Under the pieces are notes generated by a model, which was not told where the DNA came from, searched no databases, and was given only the letters and a program-made list of their open reading frames with translations. The translations under genes were made by a program, and so were the position numbers. Shown here piece after piece: positions 32,350 to 42,532 of a stretch of 64,000 nucleotides of DNA. Position 1 is the stretch's first letter; each line of letters starts with the position of its first letter. Origin of the DNA: an uncultured Methanobrevibacter sp. (lineage in GTDB: Archaea > Methanobacteriota > Methanobacteria > Methanobacteriales > Methanobacteriaceae); the NCBI GenBank assembly GCA_964409285.1, contig CAYPCR010000002.1, positions 32,149 to 96,148 on the forward strand, in the 5' to 3' direction.

Positions 32350-33012
32350 ATGGATTTAGATAGTGAACTTAAAAATTATTTAAAAGAATGTGGAGCTACT
32401 GAAGTAGGTTATGCAGATTTAAGGGATTTTCCAGATAGTGATTATCCCTCAGGAATATCAATTTTTATTAAATTACCTAAAGAAATGATACTAGCTATTG
32501 ATAAAAATGATCCTGAAACTTATTTTAAACATTATAATGAAATTAACGATAAATTAGATGAAGTTATTCTTAAAGGAGAAGAATTTATTAAAAATAAAGG
32601 TTATGATGCTTATGCAATAACTCAAAAAAGAGTTACTTTAAGCGAGGATAAACGAAGTAAAATTCCACATAAAACAGTAGCTACTAAAAGTGGTCTTGGT
32701 TGGATTGGAAAATGCGCCCTTTTTGTAAATAAAGATTATGGATCAGGATTAAGACTTTCAACAATATTAACAGATGCTCCACTTAGCTATGGAAAACCTG
32801 TTACAAAATCAAAATGTGGAAAATGCACAGAATGTATGGATATTTGTCCATCTAATGCTGTTTTAGGACCTAACTGGGATGTAACTAAAGACAGAGCTGA
32901 ATTTTTTGACTACAAACAATGTGCAAAAATGGTTTTCGATGAAAATAAAAAATATAAATTATGTGGAAAATGTATTTACATCTGTCCTCACACTCAAAAA
33001 TACTTAAAATAG
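32350..33012 (+). CDS. QueG/reductive-dehalogenase-like 2x[4Fe-4S] protein
   Basis: HKTVATKSGLGWIGKC, GLRLSTILTDAPL, CGKCTECMDICP, C...CGKCIYICP. Confidence 0.85.
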   Translation: MDLDSELKNYLKECGATEVGYADLRDFPDSDYPSGISIFIKLPKEMILAIDKNDPETYFKHYNEINDKLDEVILKGEEFIKNKGYDAYAITQKRVTLSEDKRSKIPHKTVATKSGLGWIGKCALFVNKDYGSGLRLSTILTDAPLSYGKPVTKSKCGKCTECMDICPSNAVLGPNWDVTKDRAEFFDYKQCAKMVFDENKKYKLCGKCIYICPHTQKYLK

Positions 33013-35319
33013 CTTTTTATCTTTAATTTCCTGTTGAAAATGTAAATATTTAGTATCAACAACCTTTCGAATATTTTCAGCTGTTTTTTTACCAATTCCC
33101 TCTACTTCTTGAAGTTCCTCTGCTGAAGCATTAATAACATTAGAAACTGTTCCAAAATGTTCTAATAACTTTTTAGCATTTACAGGACCAATATTTGGAA
33201 GAGATTCAACAATATATGTTTGTTGTTCCCACATGTTAGTTGGTTTTTTCTCTGTTCTAATAGCTATAGCTGGTTTTTCACCTTTTTGTTCTCTAATAGC
33301 TATTCTTTTAATCATAGCTGCAGTATCTTGAGCATTTCTAGTAGGTATTATACTTATTCCAAAATCTAATGCAATTGAAGCCATTGAACCTCTTATTGCA
33401 TTTGGATTTATAAAACCGCTGTATAAATCATCACCTTCAAGTATCATTATAGGTTTTTTAAATTCTTCTCTAAGCTCATTAGCTTGTTTAAACAGTCTTT
33501 TATCAACAATGGAATCTACAAAATCCTTTGCAGTTTTTCTCTCAATAGCTACTTCATCACTAACCTGATAATCCCCTACAGACATGGTTTTAACTTCAAC
33601 ATCAATTTCCATCTCAGAAAGGTGTCTTATAACTTTAGAGTTTCCTTCACGAGTATCTGCCAAAACAAGGGGTCTTTCATCTTTTGTAACTTCTCTTTCA
33701 ATAACTTTAACTCTTTTTTCATCGTCCATCCTTTGAGCAGCTGTTTTGTTAAGTTCTTCTAAAACATCGTTATCAATTAACTGATATTTCATCCTTCTTT
33801 CTTTTCTTATAGAAGAATAATAAAAAGCTTCATCCATTGTTTTTTCAGTGACTAATACTTTAACTCTACCAGTTCTTTTTCTTCCAGTTCTTCCTCGTCT
33901 TTGAATCATTCTAACTTCAGATGGAACCGGTTCATAAAGAATTACTAAATCAACTGCCGGGATATCAATTCCTTCTTCAGCTACACTTGTAGATATTAAA
34001 ACATCATATTCTCCTTTCCGAAAAGACTTGATTATTGCTTTTTGTTCCTTTTGAGTTAATCCCTTTTGGCCATCTTTTTGAGCCTGACCGTAAAATTTAG
34101 CTGATTTAATTCCTTCCCTTTCAAGTTTTTCATGAATCATGTTTAGTGTGTCTCTATATTGAGTAAACACCATTATTTTAGATGAACTTTCATCCTCTTT
34201 ATTTACTCTTGAGGATTGAAGTTTAGTTTGTCCATCATATCCCAATTCTTGTTTAAGAATTTTAGTTAGTTTATTAAGTTTAGGATGTTCCAAACCATTT
34301 TTTTCAGCATTTCTTGATAAAACCACAGCTTTACCGAAATTAGGATCATTCAATAATGATTTTGAAGCCTTTGTTTTTTTCTTTCTTAACCGTGCCACGT
34401 ACTTATTAAAAGTAACAACACCTTGTGTTTCAATTAACTCTAAAGAATGTTGAAGATTAATAACTGCACTTAAAATAGAAATTGCTTGAAAACATTCCTT
34501 TTTTGGATTAACACTTCTGCCTATTTTACTTTGAACTTTTCCCCGAGCCTTTAAAATATCTTTTTTACTTACAGAAACTGTGTTTATTACTCCCATGTTT
34601 TTAAGAGCTTTTAGTCTTACTTTTAAAGCTTTATTGACTAAATCTTTAATTTTACCTAATTGCTCAGTCATTTTTACCTTTACCCAGTCAATATTAACTG
34701 GATTAAAATAAGGTTTAACATCAGGATCTTCTTCGCTTTTTACAACAACATTTTGAATGTATAAATTTTCACAAACTTCTTTGATCTTATCTTTATCAGA
34801 ACCTGGAGAAGCTGTAAGGCCTAAAATTAAATTAAATTTAGATTCTCTAGCATATCTTGAAGCTAAATAAACATAGGAGTAAGCTCCAACTCCATGGTGA
34901 CATTCATCAAAAACCATTAATGAAATATCCTCTAAGCTATATCTGCCGTTTAATAAATCAGATTCAACAGTTTGTGGAGTTGCACAAATTACTTGAGATT
35001 CTTCCCATCTTTTAACTCTTTCATCTGTTTTTATAGATCCAGTAATAGAAGTGCACGGAACGGTTAAAAATTCCCTAAAGCTACTTTCGTGCTGTAATGC
35101 TAATGGTTTACTTGGAGCTAGAACTAATATTTTAGAGTGTTTCACCTTTTCTAATCTATCTGCTCCAACTAAAATAGCTACAATAGTTTTTCCTAAAGCT
35201 GTAGGTGCAACTACCATAGTATTTCCCTTTTGTAAAACATCCCTAGCTAATACTTGTTGATATAATCTTGACTCAACAGTATTAGGTTTGATTAATGAAT
35301 GTTTAATATAATTTGCCAT
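33004..35319 (-). CDS. hef: Hef helicase-nuclease (FANCM/ERCC4 family)
   Basis: APTALGKT, DECHH, QRRGRTGR, ERCC4 nuclease (DTRE, GDY, ERK), C-terminal HhH. Confidence 0.95.
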   Translation of the reverse strand: MANYIKHSLIKPNTVESRLYQQVLARDVLQKGNTMVVAPTALGKTIVAILVGADRLEKVKHSKILVLAPSKPLALQHESSFREFLTVPCTSITGSIKTDERVKRWEESQVICATPQTVESDLLNGRYSLEDISLMVFDECHHGVGAYSYVYLASRYARESKFNLILGLTASPGSDKDKIKEVCENLYIQNVVVKSEEDPDVKPYFNPVNIDWVKVKMTEQLGKIKDLVNKALKVRLKALKNMGVINTVSVSKKDILKARGKVQSKIGRSVNPKKECFQAISILSAVINLQHSLELIETQGVVTFNKYVARLRKKKTKASKSLLNDPNFGKAVVLSRNAEKNGLEHPKLNKLTKILKQELGYDGQTKLQSSRVNKEDESSSKIMVFTQYRDTLNMIHEKLEREGIKSAKFYGQAQKDGQKGLTQKEQKAIIKSFRKGEYDVLISTSVAEEGIDIPAVDLVILYEPVPSEVRMIQRRGRTGRKRTGRVKVLVTEKTMDEAFYYSSIRKERRMKYQLIDNDVLEELNKTAAQRMDDEKRVKVIEREVTKDERPLVLADTREGNSKVIRHLSEMEIDVEVKTMSVGDYQVSDEVAIERKTAKDFVDSIVDKRLFKQANELREEFKKPIMILEGDDLYSGFINPNAIRGSMASIALDFGISIIPTRNAQDTAAMIKRIAIREQKGEKPAIAIRTEKKPTNMWEQQTYIVESLPNIGPVNAKKLLEHFGTVSNVINASAEELQEVEGIGKKTAENIRKVVDTKYLHFQQEIKDKKLF

Positions 35320-35377
35320 AAAATTACTCTTTATCTTTTATATTTAAATAAACTAGTGTGAGAGCGATTGAAAAGTA

Positions 35378-36901
35378 TTAAATTATATCTTTAAACTTGA
35401 CAGCTGCTTCACCAATAGCTATTATTTTATTACAATCTAATTTCAAAGCCTCTTCTATTCCTTTTATAACATCTTTTTTTGTTGATCCTAAAGTTCCCTG
35501 TTTAACAAAATCTTCATCAATATTTTCTAAAATAATCTTTTCTTTAAGATTAGAATCTTTAGAAATTAATTTATTAGCTATTTTTTGAGATGCTAAAGAG
35601 GTTGGAATTATATATTTTGAAAAGTCTAAAGCACTTTCAAAAATCTCTTTATCTCCATCCTCTCCAGACTCGGAGGAAATTGTAATAACTGTTGTAATAT
35701 CGCCATATAGCTTTTTAAATTCTCTTAATACTGTTTCCACTCCCGCAGGATTATGAGCATAATCAACAATAATATCCTTTCCATCAATATTTTTAATATG
35801 TTCCATTCTACCTGCCACGCCGCTAAATGATTCTACAGAAGGTAAAATTTTATCATAAGGAAGATTTAAAAATTCATGTGCAGCTATTATAACACCAGTA
35901 ACATTAAAAACATTATGAATTCCATTTAATGCCATTTTGACTGTGATTTTTCCATCAGGAGTAAATAAATCAAAAGTTTGATTTTTTAAATCAATATTTG
36001 TAGCTAAATAATCAGTTTGTGGAGTGGTAAGACCGCATTTACAAAAATAATATCCAGAACCTGAAATAATCTCTTTAATTTCAATCATTTCACCACAAAC
36101 ACATTCTTTTTGAGCTACTCCACATACATCACCATCAACTCTAAATGTAATTACATCACCATCATAGTTTAAATCTCTTAAAAGTCCCATAATTGTAGGG
36201 TCATTTGCATTAACTATGATTTGCTTACCTGAAAGTGATTGAATAAGCTCACCTTTAACAAGAGCATAATCTAAAAATCCACTATCTTCAGTTAGATGAT
36301 CATGAGTTATGTTTGTAATCAAACCAGAAACTAAATCAACATTGTCAGTAATCCTTTTAATAGTTCCATTAACACCAAAAGTACCCACTTCCAAAATTGC
36401 AACATCACCATTTAAACGAGACTGTAAAAGTGGAATATACTCTGCATTTCCCTGCATATCCTCTAAATCATGCTCTGCAGGTGAAATTCCATTATCATAA
36501 GCTATCTTTTTAAGTAAAGTGGTAGATGTGGTTTTCCCATTAGTTCCAGTAATTGCAAAAACAGGTTTATCTGAATTGAACTCATTTATTATATCTGAAA
36601 GTTCTAAAATTTCAATATTATTTTCTTTAGCTATTTTAAATATCTCATTATCCTTTGAAAGACTGGCAGGAGGAACTAAATAATCAATAGCTTGGAAGAA
36701 CTCATCTGGATTTTTTCCATAAAAAACATCAATATCATATCTATCCAATGATTTTATAAACCTACAATCCTCTTTAGATGAAATATCTGTTCCAATAACT
36801 TTAAATCCTCTTTGAGATAAAATACGAGCTATTAAATTTCCATTAGCTCCACAAATTCCCACCACCCCAATGACAGAATTTTTATCAATCATATTTTTCA
36901 A
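35378..36901 (-). CDS. Pseudomurein Mur-family peptide ligase (pMurC-like, with 4-Cys insertion)
   Basis: GICGANG, ITGTNGKTT, LEVG, TNITHDH, NANDP, DYAHNP; insertion ECVCG...FCKCG. Confidence 0.88.
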   Translation of the reverse strand: MKNMIDKNSVIGVVGICGANGNLIARILSQRGFKVIGTDISSKEDCRFIKSLDRYDIDVFYGKNPDEFFQAIDYLVPPASLSKDNEIFKIAKENNIEILELSDIINEFNSDKPVFAITGTNGKTTSTTLLKKIAYDNGISPAEHDLEDMQGNAEYIPLLQSRLNGDVAILEVGTFGVNGTIKRITDNVDLVSGLITNITHDHLTEDSGFLDYALVKGELIQSLSGKQIIVNANDPTIMGLLRDLNYDGDVITFRVDGDVCGVAQKECVCGEMIEIKEIISGSGYYFCKCGLTTPQTDYLATNIDLKNQTFDLFTPDGKITVKMALNGIHNVFNVTGVIIAAHEFLNLPYDKILPSVESFSGVAGRMEHIKNIDGKDIIVDYAHNPAGVETVLREFKKLYGDITTVITISSESGEDGDKEIFESALDFSKYIIPTSLASQKIANKLISKDSNLKEKIILENIDEDFVKQGTLGSTKKDVIKGIEEALKLDCNKIIAIGEAAVKFKDII

Positions 36902-38270
36902 TACCTCTTTTAAGACCTTCTAAAATCTTATTAGTAACTCCTTCCACATCAGTTGGTAAAATTGGACCCATATGAAGAAGAACATCTCCAGGTTTTGAGT
37001 ATTTTAAAGCCATCTCTGCAGCATCATCAATATCCTCACAAGCTACTTTAACAGCATCAGGATTATCAACAGCATCTAAAATTTCATATGCTCCATCCAT
37101 ATTTACACGTTCGTTAATTTCATCATACCCACTAGTAATAATTACATCACTATATTGATTTACAAGCTCTCCAACTTCCTTTTTATCCCTTTCAGTTGTT
37201 GTATCAAAATAATCAAGAAAAACTACTAGATTTTCATCTTTAAAATTCTCCAAAGTAGTTTTCATCCCATCATATAAAAAGGCACAATCCAAAATAACTC
37301 TTCTGCCATTATACAAACCAACATCTTCCATATGAGAAGGCATTCCTTTAAAATTAGATAATGCTTTAATAATAACCTCTTCAGAAATTCCATATGTTAA
37401 AGCTATACTAGCAGCTCCAACAGAGTTTTCAAAAAAATAACTCATCATATTAAAAGGAGTGGTAAATTCCTTATCTTCATAGCTAATTTTTAAGCTATTT
37501 TCTCCTTTTTGGCCATTAAAATCTGCATTTTGTCCGATTTCATAATAAATAACATTTTCTTTATCTGGAAATAAACTTTTACAGGAGCTATTAGCTATAA
37601 AAATATCACTAATTAACTCTAAAATCTTTTTACGTTCATGATATTTTTCAATTGAATTATCAAACTCCTCTAAATGATCGGCACCTACAACTGTTAAAAG
37701 TCCAATTTTAACATCCAATCTATCTAAAAGCCCTAAAGTTCCATGAGGAAGTTCAAAAATAGCTATATCACACTCTTCACCTTTTCTCTTAATAATTCCA
37801 TCAATGATTCCTTCACTTACTAAATTACTTGTTAATGAAGAGCAATTCCAAACATTATAACCTGCCTGTTTAAAAATAGTTGTAGTTAAATAAGTTGTAG
37901 TTGTTTTGCCCATAGTCCCTGTAATTCCAATGATATCAATAGGAATATACTTATTTACAATTTGAGAAAATTCTTCATTTGTAATTACATGAATGTCTAA
38001 TTCTTGAATTTTTTTAGCTATTTTAGAGTTTTTTAATGAAGGAGGAATATAAACATTATCAAATCCTTCGATAACAGGTGAAGGATTATTTAAATCAACT
38101 TTAACACCTTCTTTTTCCATTTCTTTTAATATATTCTGATATCTAAGCCTAAAATTTTCCAATGGTTGTAAATCAGTTATGGTAACATCATATCCATCAT
38201 GATTAAGTAATCTTGCAACAGGCCTACTTGCATTTCCTGCACCAACAACTAAACAATTCATTTTAATCAT
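36885..38270 (-). CDS. Pseudomurein Mur-family peptide ligase (pMurD-like)
   Basis: VVGAGNAS, ITGTMGKTT, FELPHG, DHLE; overlaps the next Mur gene. Confidence 0.85.
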   Translation of the reverse strand: MIKMNCLVVGAGNASRPVARLLNHDGYDVTITDLQPLENFRLRYQNILKEMEKEGVKVDLNNPSPVIEGFDNVYIPPSLKNSKIAKKIQELDIHVITNEEFSQIVNKYIPIDIIGITGTMGKTTTTYLTTTIFKQAGYNVWNCSSLTSNLVSEGIIDGIIKRKGEECDIAIFELPHGTLGLLDRLDVKIGLLTVVGADHLEEFDNSIEKYHERKKILELISDIFIANSSCKSLFPDKENVIYYEIGQNADFNGQKGENSLKISYEDKEFTTPFNMMSYFFENSVGAASIALTYGISEEVIIKALSNFKGMPSHMEDVGLYNGRRVILDCAFLYDGMKTTLENFKDENLVVFLDYFDTTTERDKKEVGELVNQYSDVIITSGYDEINERVNMDGAYEILDAVDNPDAVKVACEDIDDAAEMALKYSKPGDVLLHMGPILPTDVEGVTNKILEGLKRGIEKYD

Positions 38271-38922
38271 CCTCCTCTAGATAATCAATATTAATGGTAG
38301 GTTTTATATCTTCCATCATCTCTTCGGGCATTGTAATGGTTATAATCGGACTATTATCCGTTTTAAGTTCAATAACGACTTTTTTATTTTTATTTACACC
38401 AATTTCATCGCTTCTTTTTTGAGATTTAGAAATTACTTCAGAAGAAGAAAATTCATCTAAAGATCTTAAATTAGCTTTTTCCATTTTAACCCAATCATCA
38501 TCAGAAGCAGGAATATTATAAAAATCAACAGGTTCTTCCATATTTTCATCAACTAAAAAATAAGCAGTAACTTCATGAACCTTTTCAGCATTATCAACAG
38601 CCTTTTTATGGGAAAAGTGCCTGGTGTGATTAATAGCTCCCTCACTATTAATTCTAATGTCATTTAAATAAATACAAATTTCAGATGCAGTATTGTTAAA
38701 TTTACATATTCTTTCAATAAGTTTTGATAAATCATCGCTAGAATTATCAGTGTTTAAAATAATATTAACTAAATCACTTAAAATTTCTCCAGATAGTGCT
38801 ACAGACTTATTATATTCCTCATTTACAATAGCTAAATCCATTTTTTTACATTTATTATATAAAATTGGATAGCTATCTTTTAAAAAGAAAAAATTAGAAT
38901 TTGTTAATTTAAGATTTGACAT
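38263..38922 (-). CDS. Hypothetical protein, weakly DUF4145/HsdR-N-terminal-like
   Basis: N-terminus SNFFFLKDSYPILY and IRINSEGAINH recall DUF4145; its 3' end overlaps/abuts the Mur ligase start. Confidence 0.55.
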   Translation of the reverse strand: MSNLKLTNSNFFFLKDSYPILYNKCKKMDLAIVNEEYNKSVALSGEILSDLVNIILNTDNSSDDLSKLIERICKFNNTASEICIYLNDIRINSEGAINHTRHFSHKKAVDNAEKVHEVTAYFLVDENMEEPVDFYNIPASDDDWVKMEKANLRSLDEFSSSEVISKSQKRSDEIGVNKNKKVVIELKTDNSPIITITMPEEMMEDIKPTINIDYLEEDD

Positions 38923-39074
38923 GATTATTCCTCAAAATTAAATTAATATAATTTATAATAGTTATTTTATTAAAATATTAAGGTAATATGTAGCTAAATT
39001 TACAAAAAGTTTTTTTAATAAAGAAAATTAAAATATTTATATTATATTTATTTTTATAACCTAGAGGTGAATCG

Positions 39075-40394
39075 ATGCAAGGATTATTAAATAATTGGAG
39101 AAGAACAAACTATACAAAGAATGTTACTCCTGAATTAACTGGAGAAGACGTTATTGTAATGGGTTGGGTTCATGAAATTCGTGACTTAGGTGGAATCATT
39201 TTTATTTTAGTAAGAGACACAAGTGGAATGATTCAAATTACTGCACCAAGTAAAAAAGTAGACCCTGAAATCCTTGAACAATTACGTGAATTTAGAAAAG
39301 AATCTGTTGTAGCTATTGAAGGAACCGTACAAGAATCTGATAAAGCACCTAATGGTGTTGAAATTATTCCAAAGGAAATTAAAATTTTAAACTTAGCTAA
39401 TCAACCTTTACCAATGGATCCAACAGAAAAAGTTAAAGCAGAAATCGATACACGATTAGATTCAAGATTTTTAGATTTGAGAAAATCCAATATTAGTGCT
39501 ATTTTTAAAATCAAAAGTCAAATGTTTCACACTGTAAGAGATTTCTTCTATGAAAATGGATTTGTTGAGATTAACACTCCAAAACTTGTAGCTTCAGCTA
39601 CTGAAGGAGGAACCGAACTTTTCCCAATAACTTACTTTGAAAAAGAAGCATTTCTTGGACAATCTCCACAATTATATAAACAAATTATGATGTCTAGTGG
39701 AATTGATAGAGTATTTGAAATTGGTCAAATCTTTAGAGCAGAAGAACATGATACTTTAAGACACCTAAATGAAGCTGTCTCTATTGATGCTGAAGCTTCA
39801 TTTATGGACGGTGATGACATGATGAAAGTCTTAAACAACATGATTGAACAAGTTATCATCGATGTAAACGAATACTGCAGCTCTGAGTTAGAATTACTAG
39901 ACCATAAATTACCAATTCCAGACGGACCATTTCCAAAAATCACCTATGATGAAGCAGTAGATATTGTAAACTCAAAAGGTGTTGAAATGGAATGGGGAGA
40001 AGATTTATCTCGTGCAGCTGAAAAAGTATTAGGAGATACTATGGATGATTTTTACTTCCTAACTCAATGGCCAAGTGCAATTAAACCATTTTATGTAATG
40101 CCATGTGCTGATGATCCTACAAAATCACATGCATTTGATTTAATGTATAAAAACCTAGAATTGTCTTCAGGTGCTACTCGTGTTCACCAATATGATATTC
40201 TAGTAGAACAAATTGAAGAGCGTGATTTAAACCCTGATGCATTTACTAGCTATTTAAAAGCATTTGAATATGGAATGCCGCCTCATGCTGGATGGGGAGT
40301 AGGTGCAGATAGATTAACAATGGTTCTTACTGGCGTTAACAACATCCGTGAAACAGTACTCTTCCCAAGAGACAGACATAGATTAACCCCATAA
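39075..40394 (+). CDS. aspS: Aspartate--tRNA ligase (archaeal, likely non-discriminating)
   Basis: [46 protein letters not shown]. Confidence 0.97.
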   Translation: MQGLLNNWRRTNYTKNVTPELTGEDVIVMGWVHEIRDLGGIIFILVRDTSGMIQITAPSKKVDPEILEQLREFRKESVVAIEGTVQESDKAPNGVEIIPKEIKILNLANQPLPMDPTEKVKAEIDTRLDSRFLDLRKSNISAIFKIKSQMFHTVRDFFYENGFVEINTPKLVASATEGGTELFPITYFEKEAFLGQSPQLYKQIMMSSGIDRVFEIGQIFRAEEHDTLRHLNEAVSIDAEASFMDGDDMMKVLNNMIEQVIIDVNEYCSSELELLDHKLPIPDGPFPKITYDEAVDIVNSKGVEMEWGEDLSRAAEKVLGDTMDDFYFLTQWPSAIKPFYVMPCADDPTKSHAFDLMYKNLELSSGATRVHQYDILVEQIEERDLNPDAFTSYLKAFEYGMPPHAGWGVGADRLTMVLTGVNNIRETVLFPRDRHRLTP

Positions 40395-40424
40395 ATTTAT
40401 AAGGGTTAAACTCCCTTATTTTTT

Positions 40425-41654
40425 ATGGTGATACATATGGATGAATTTGACATTGCTATAATAGGAGGAGGTCCTGCAGGAATGATGGCAGCTATTGCCT
40501 GCAAGGATAAAAACACTGTACTTATTGAAAAAACATCAAAATTAGGTAGAAAACTTCTTTTAACTGGTGGTGGTAGATGTAACATCACAAACAACAAACC
40601 TATAAAAGCTCTGTTAAATTCCTACCAAGATAAAAACTTTCTAAAACACTCTTTTTATACATTAACCAATGAAAAATTATTAGAATTATTTGAAAATAAA
40701 GGTCTTCATTTTATTGAAGAAGACAATAATCGTGTTTTTCCAGCTACTGAAAAAGCAGAATCTGTTTTAAATATTCTAGAGGAATATCTTGAAGATGTTG
40801 AAATAAAATATAACACAGATGTTTTTAGTGTTGAGAAAACTGATGACTATTTTGTAATTAACAATGAAATCAAGGCATCTAAAGTAATAATAGCTACTGG
40901 AGGAATTACTTTTCCTGAGACTGGCTCAAATGGTGCTGGATATAGCTTAACAAATCAAAGTTTAACTCCAATTAAATGGGGACTTGTCCCATTAATAGCA
41001 AACTATCATTTTGAAGATTTTGCAGGAATTACTCTTTACGATGTATGCGTAAGCTATAAAGATAAAAATTATTGTGGAGATATGCTAATTACTCATAATG
41101 GCCTTACTGGCCCTGTAATTTTAAATATAAGTAATGAAATTTCAAAAGACATAGATTATAATCTCTTAAATAATGATAATTTACCATTAGATAATGTAGC
41201 TATTGCTATTGATTTACTTCCAAAATATAGTGCTGAAGAACTTAAAGCGAAAATCAACAAAGATTTTCAGGCTAAAGGAAAAACCCTACTTAAAAATTAT
41301 CTTAAAATATATTTAACTAACAGTTTTATTTCATTTTTCCTTAATCATGTAGGATTAGACGGAGAAGTTAAATTAGCTAATGTGATTAAAAAAGACCGCC
41401 AAACATTAATTGAAAATTTAAAAGGTTGTAGCCTAAAAATTGATGGTTTTAATGCTCCTCAAAGTAAAATCACAATTGGTGGAATAGCTATTGATTCAAT
41501 AGATTCAAAAACCATGGAATCTAAAGAAATTGATGGACTTTACTTTGCTGGCGAAATATTATCTCCCGTTGGTCCTAGTGGAGGATACAATCTAAAAATA
41601 GCTTTCTCAACTGGTTATCTAGCAGGACTATCAGCTAGTAAATCTATCTTTTAA
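40425..41654 (+). CDS. HI0933/YhiN/BaiN-family flavoprotein
   Basis: GGGPAGMMAA, GRKLLLTGGGRCNITN, GRVFP-like NRVFP, GLYFAGE, GGYNL..AFSTG. Confidence 0.92.
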   Translation: MVIHMDEFDIAIIGGGPAGMMAAIACKDKNTVLIEKTSKLGRKLLLTGGGRCNITNNKPIKALLNSYQDKNFLKHSFYTLTNEKLLELFENKGLHFIEEDNNRVFPATEKAESVLNILEEYLEDVEIKYNTDVFSVEKTDDYFVINNEIKASKVIIATGGITFPETGSNGAGYSLTNQSLTPIKWGLVPLIANYHFEDFAGITLYDVCVSYKDKNYCGDMLITHNGLTGPVILNISNEISKDIDYNLLNNDNLPLDNVAIAIDLLPKYSAEELKAKINKDFQAKGKTLLKNYLKIYLTNSFISFFLNHVGLDGEVKLANVIKKDRQTLIENLKGCSLKIDGFNAPQSKITIGGIAIDSIDSKTMESKEIDGLYFAGEILSPVGPSGGYNLKIAFSTGYLAGLSASKSIF

Positions 41655-41658
41655 ATCA

Positions 41659-42048
41659 GTGAAAAAGAGGAACAATAACATGAAAGAAAATGCAGATATT
41701 AATTATTCCTACGATTTTGAATTTGACATAATGGATATGAAAGTCCCTGAAAAAGGGAAATATAAAGAATCTATTCAATTAGACACAGGCATTTATTTAG
41801 ATTTTGATGAAAATAATTATCCAATTAATCTTGAAATTTTAGAAGCTTCTAAATTATTAAAAATAGATAAACAATATTTAACAAATCCCGAACTTAAAGT
41901 TAACATCCAAATTAATAAAAATGTAATTAAAGTCCATGTGTGGATTTTTTATAAAATACATGATAAAAAGATGTCTAATGATTTCAATAAAGAAATTATT
42001 AATAATTTCCAAGTTCCTGACATGGAAGCTAATTTAGCTATTGGATAA
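41659..42048 (+). CDS. DUF2283-family protein (likely start ATG 41680)
   Basis: YSYDFEFDI, IYLDFDENNYPINLEILEASK. Confidence 0.75.
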   Translation: MKKRNNNMKENADINYSYDFEFDIMDMKVPEKGKYKESIQLDTGIYLDFDENNYPINLEILEASKLLKIDKQYLTNPELKVNIQINKNVIKVHVWIFYKIHDKKMSNDFNKEIINNFQVPDMEANLAIG

Positions 42049-42054
42049 AAATTA

Positions 42055-42427
42055 TTAATTAATTTTTAAAGTTTTTTTAAAATTTTCTTTTAACTCATGA
42101 GTAGTCTTCTCATCATAATTATTATTTTCATCTTCTAAAGTAAACATAGCTAATTCATATATAACCTTATTTAATGATTTTCCACGTTCAGTTAAACTGT
42201 ATTCAGTAATATTAGGATTAATAGAAATAATTTTTTTAGCTATTAAACCATTGCTTTCCAATTCTTTAAGACAATTTGATAAAACTTTGTTTGTTATCTT
42301 TTTATCTTGTTTAAATTCTTTAAAATGTTTTTTACCAAAAAAACATGTCACGTATTATTTGTATACTCCACTTTTTAGAAAATAATCTTAAACTTTGATC
42401 AACGGGACACACTACTTTTTTATCCAT
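42055..42427 (-). pseudogene. HxlR/DUF24 winged-helix regulator, frameshifted in a T7 run
   Basis: ATG at 42427 gives MDKKVVCPVDQSLRLFSKKWSIQIIRDMFF then TGG TAA. The +1 frame continues GKKHFKEF...LSNCLKEL...EYSLTERG. One extra T (A run at 42337-42343 on +). Confidence 0.88.
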
Positions 42428-42480
42428 AATGAATATTTATATAATCTTTATTTATACTTTATGTTTCTGAATGGATACCA

Positions 42481-42496
42481 GTAACCAATAGGGTAC
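42481..42496. promoter_or_regulatory. Imperfect palindrome between divergent hxlR-like and PNPOx-like genes (candidate operator)
   Basis: GTAACC-AATA-GGGTAC (one mismatch). Confidence 0.3.
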
Positions 42497-42532
42497 AAAA
42501 AGGCTTTATTAATGTTTAAACAATGAATAAGT

